DNA of 57,080 nucleotides from an uncultured Candidatus Bathyarchaeia archaeon. GTDB taxonomy: Archaea > Thermoproteota > Bathyarchaeia > 40CM-2-53-6 > CAVXDP01. The stretch's first letter is position 1. Every line of letters starts with the position of its first letter. Location: the NCBI GenBank assembly GCA_964562925.1, contig CAZLVF010000002.1:29181-86260 (forward strand), in the 5' to 3' direction. This document shows, piece after piece, positions 56,685 to 57,080 of the stretch. Under the pieces are notes generated by a model. The model saw only the letters and a list, made by a program, of their open reading frames with translations, did no database searches and was not told where the DNA came from. The position numbers and the translations under genes are program-made.

Positions 56685-56936
56685 TCACTCATCGTAGAGT
56701 CTAGCTCTCCAAAGAGCCCTTAAGGCAAATATTGATATCACCACGCCGACGAGTCCGGCAACTACGAATAGGACGATTAGGAATGGATACGCCTCGACTA
56801 AGCTCGGTTTTTCATCAATATTCTGGGCTTGATTCTCTTGGTATGGTGTTAGAGTTTCCGCAGACGTTACAACGCTACCATACGTTAGCCAAAGTAATAG
56901 ACTAACTACGGTCCAGATAGCAGATTGTCTGGTCAA
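56685..56936 (-). CDS. Small membrane protein (2 TM), hypothetical
   Basis: 83 aa from the ORF track, with two hydrophobic segments. Confidence 0.2.
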   Translation of the reverse strand: MTRQSAIWTVVSLLLWLTYGSVVTSAETLTPYQENQAQNIDEKPSLVEAYPFLIVLFVVAGLVGVVISIFALRALWRARLYDE

Positions 56937-57080
56937 CTCTCACACCGTGTTGATTGTTATCGATTTTGGAGTAAACTCGTTTGTCTGTATTGCGGAAAGT
57001 CTTGAAGTTCGAACTATCAGCTGGCCTGAGGTTTTTCTCCGCAGAGTTCTAAGAGCCTATTCCAGTTCTCTGTGGTCTGT

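Noticed and set aside
1-57080. CRISPR arrays, cas genes, transposases, integrases, IS elements
   Set aside because: No direct-repeat/spacer periodicity was seen anywhere. No ORF had transposase (DDE), tyrosine- or serine-recombinase or Cas hallmarks. The only tRNA-adjacent accessory block (the Ub operon) has no integrase or att-like repeat that I could find by eye.

Overview
This 57-kb window is an archaeal chromosomal segment, most consistent with a TACK-type lineage. Crenactin, a eukaryote-like ubiquitin system and tRNAs carrying two introns each point towards an Aigarchaeota/Thermoproteota-like organism. This lineage assignment is an inference from gene content; GC is roughly 48-50 % by eye.

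The backbone is informational genes: S7-EF1alpha-S10, SRP RNA, S11, aRF1, Pelota, UMP kinase, PheRS alpha/beta, TyrRS, PolB, DnaG, Ncs6/TtuA, Hjc and endonuclease IV. Housekeeping and metabolic genes are interspersed: Hsp20 plus an HTH regulator, an FAD-oxidoreductase/OCD pair, a MsrP-like Mo-oxidoreductase, an S2P protease, HtpX, a Zn-ADH, an EamA transporter, an APC transporter and a metallophosphoesterase.

The features that stand out:
- A ubiquitin-like conjugation operon (Zn-finger membrane protein, JAMM, Ub-like, E2, E1). The JAMM isopeptidase and the Zn-finger protein are both fused to transmembrane segments, and the JAMM protein also carries large extracellular beta-sandwich domains. 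A convergent receptor-like membrane protein with a cytoplasmic Zn-ribbon plus wHTH sits next to it.
- A crenactin (archaeal actin) cluster with flanking small arcadin-like genes.
- Two tRNAs (Ser-GCU, Thr-GGU), each with a canonical 37/38 intron plus a second intron in the D-arm region.
- A tyrS gene interrupted by an in-frame UGA and a frame change, located inside a bulge-helix-bulge-like hairpin. Removing 16 nt between the bulges restores one continuous TyrRS frame, so this is a candidate mRNA mini-intron.
- An SRP (7S) RNA gene with a recognisable TATA box.

No CRISPR array, transposase or integrase was seen.

Coordinates of hand-mapped elements (tRNAs, ncRNA, hairpins) may be off by 1-2 nt. 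CDS coordinates follow the supplied ORF track unless stated.
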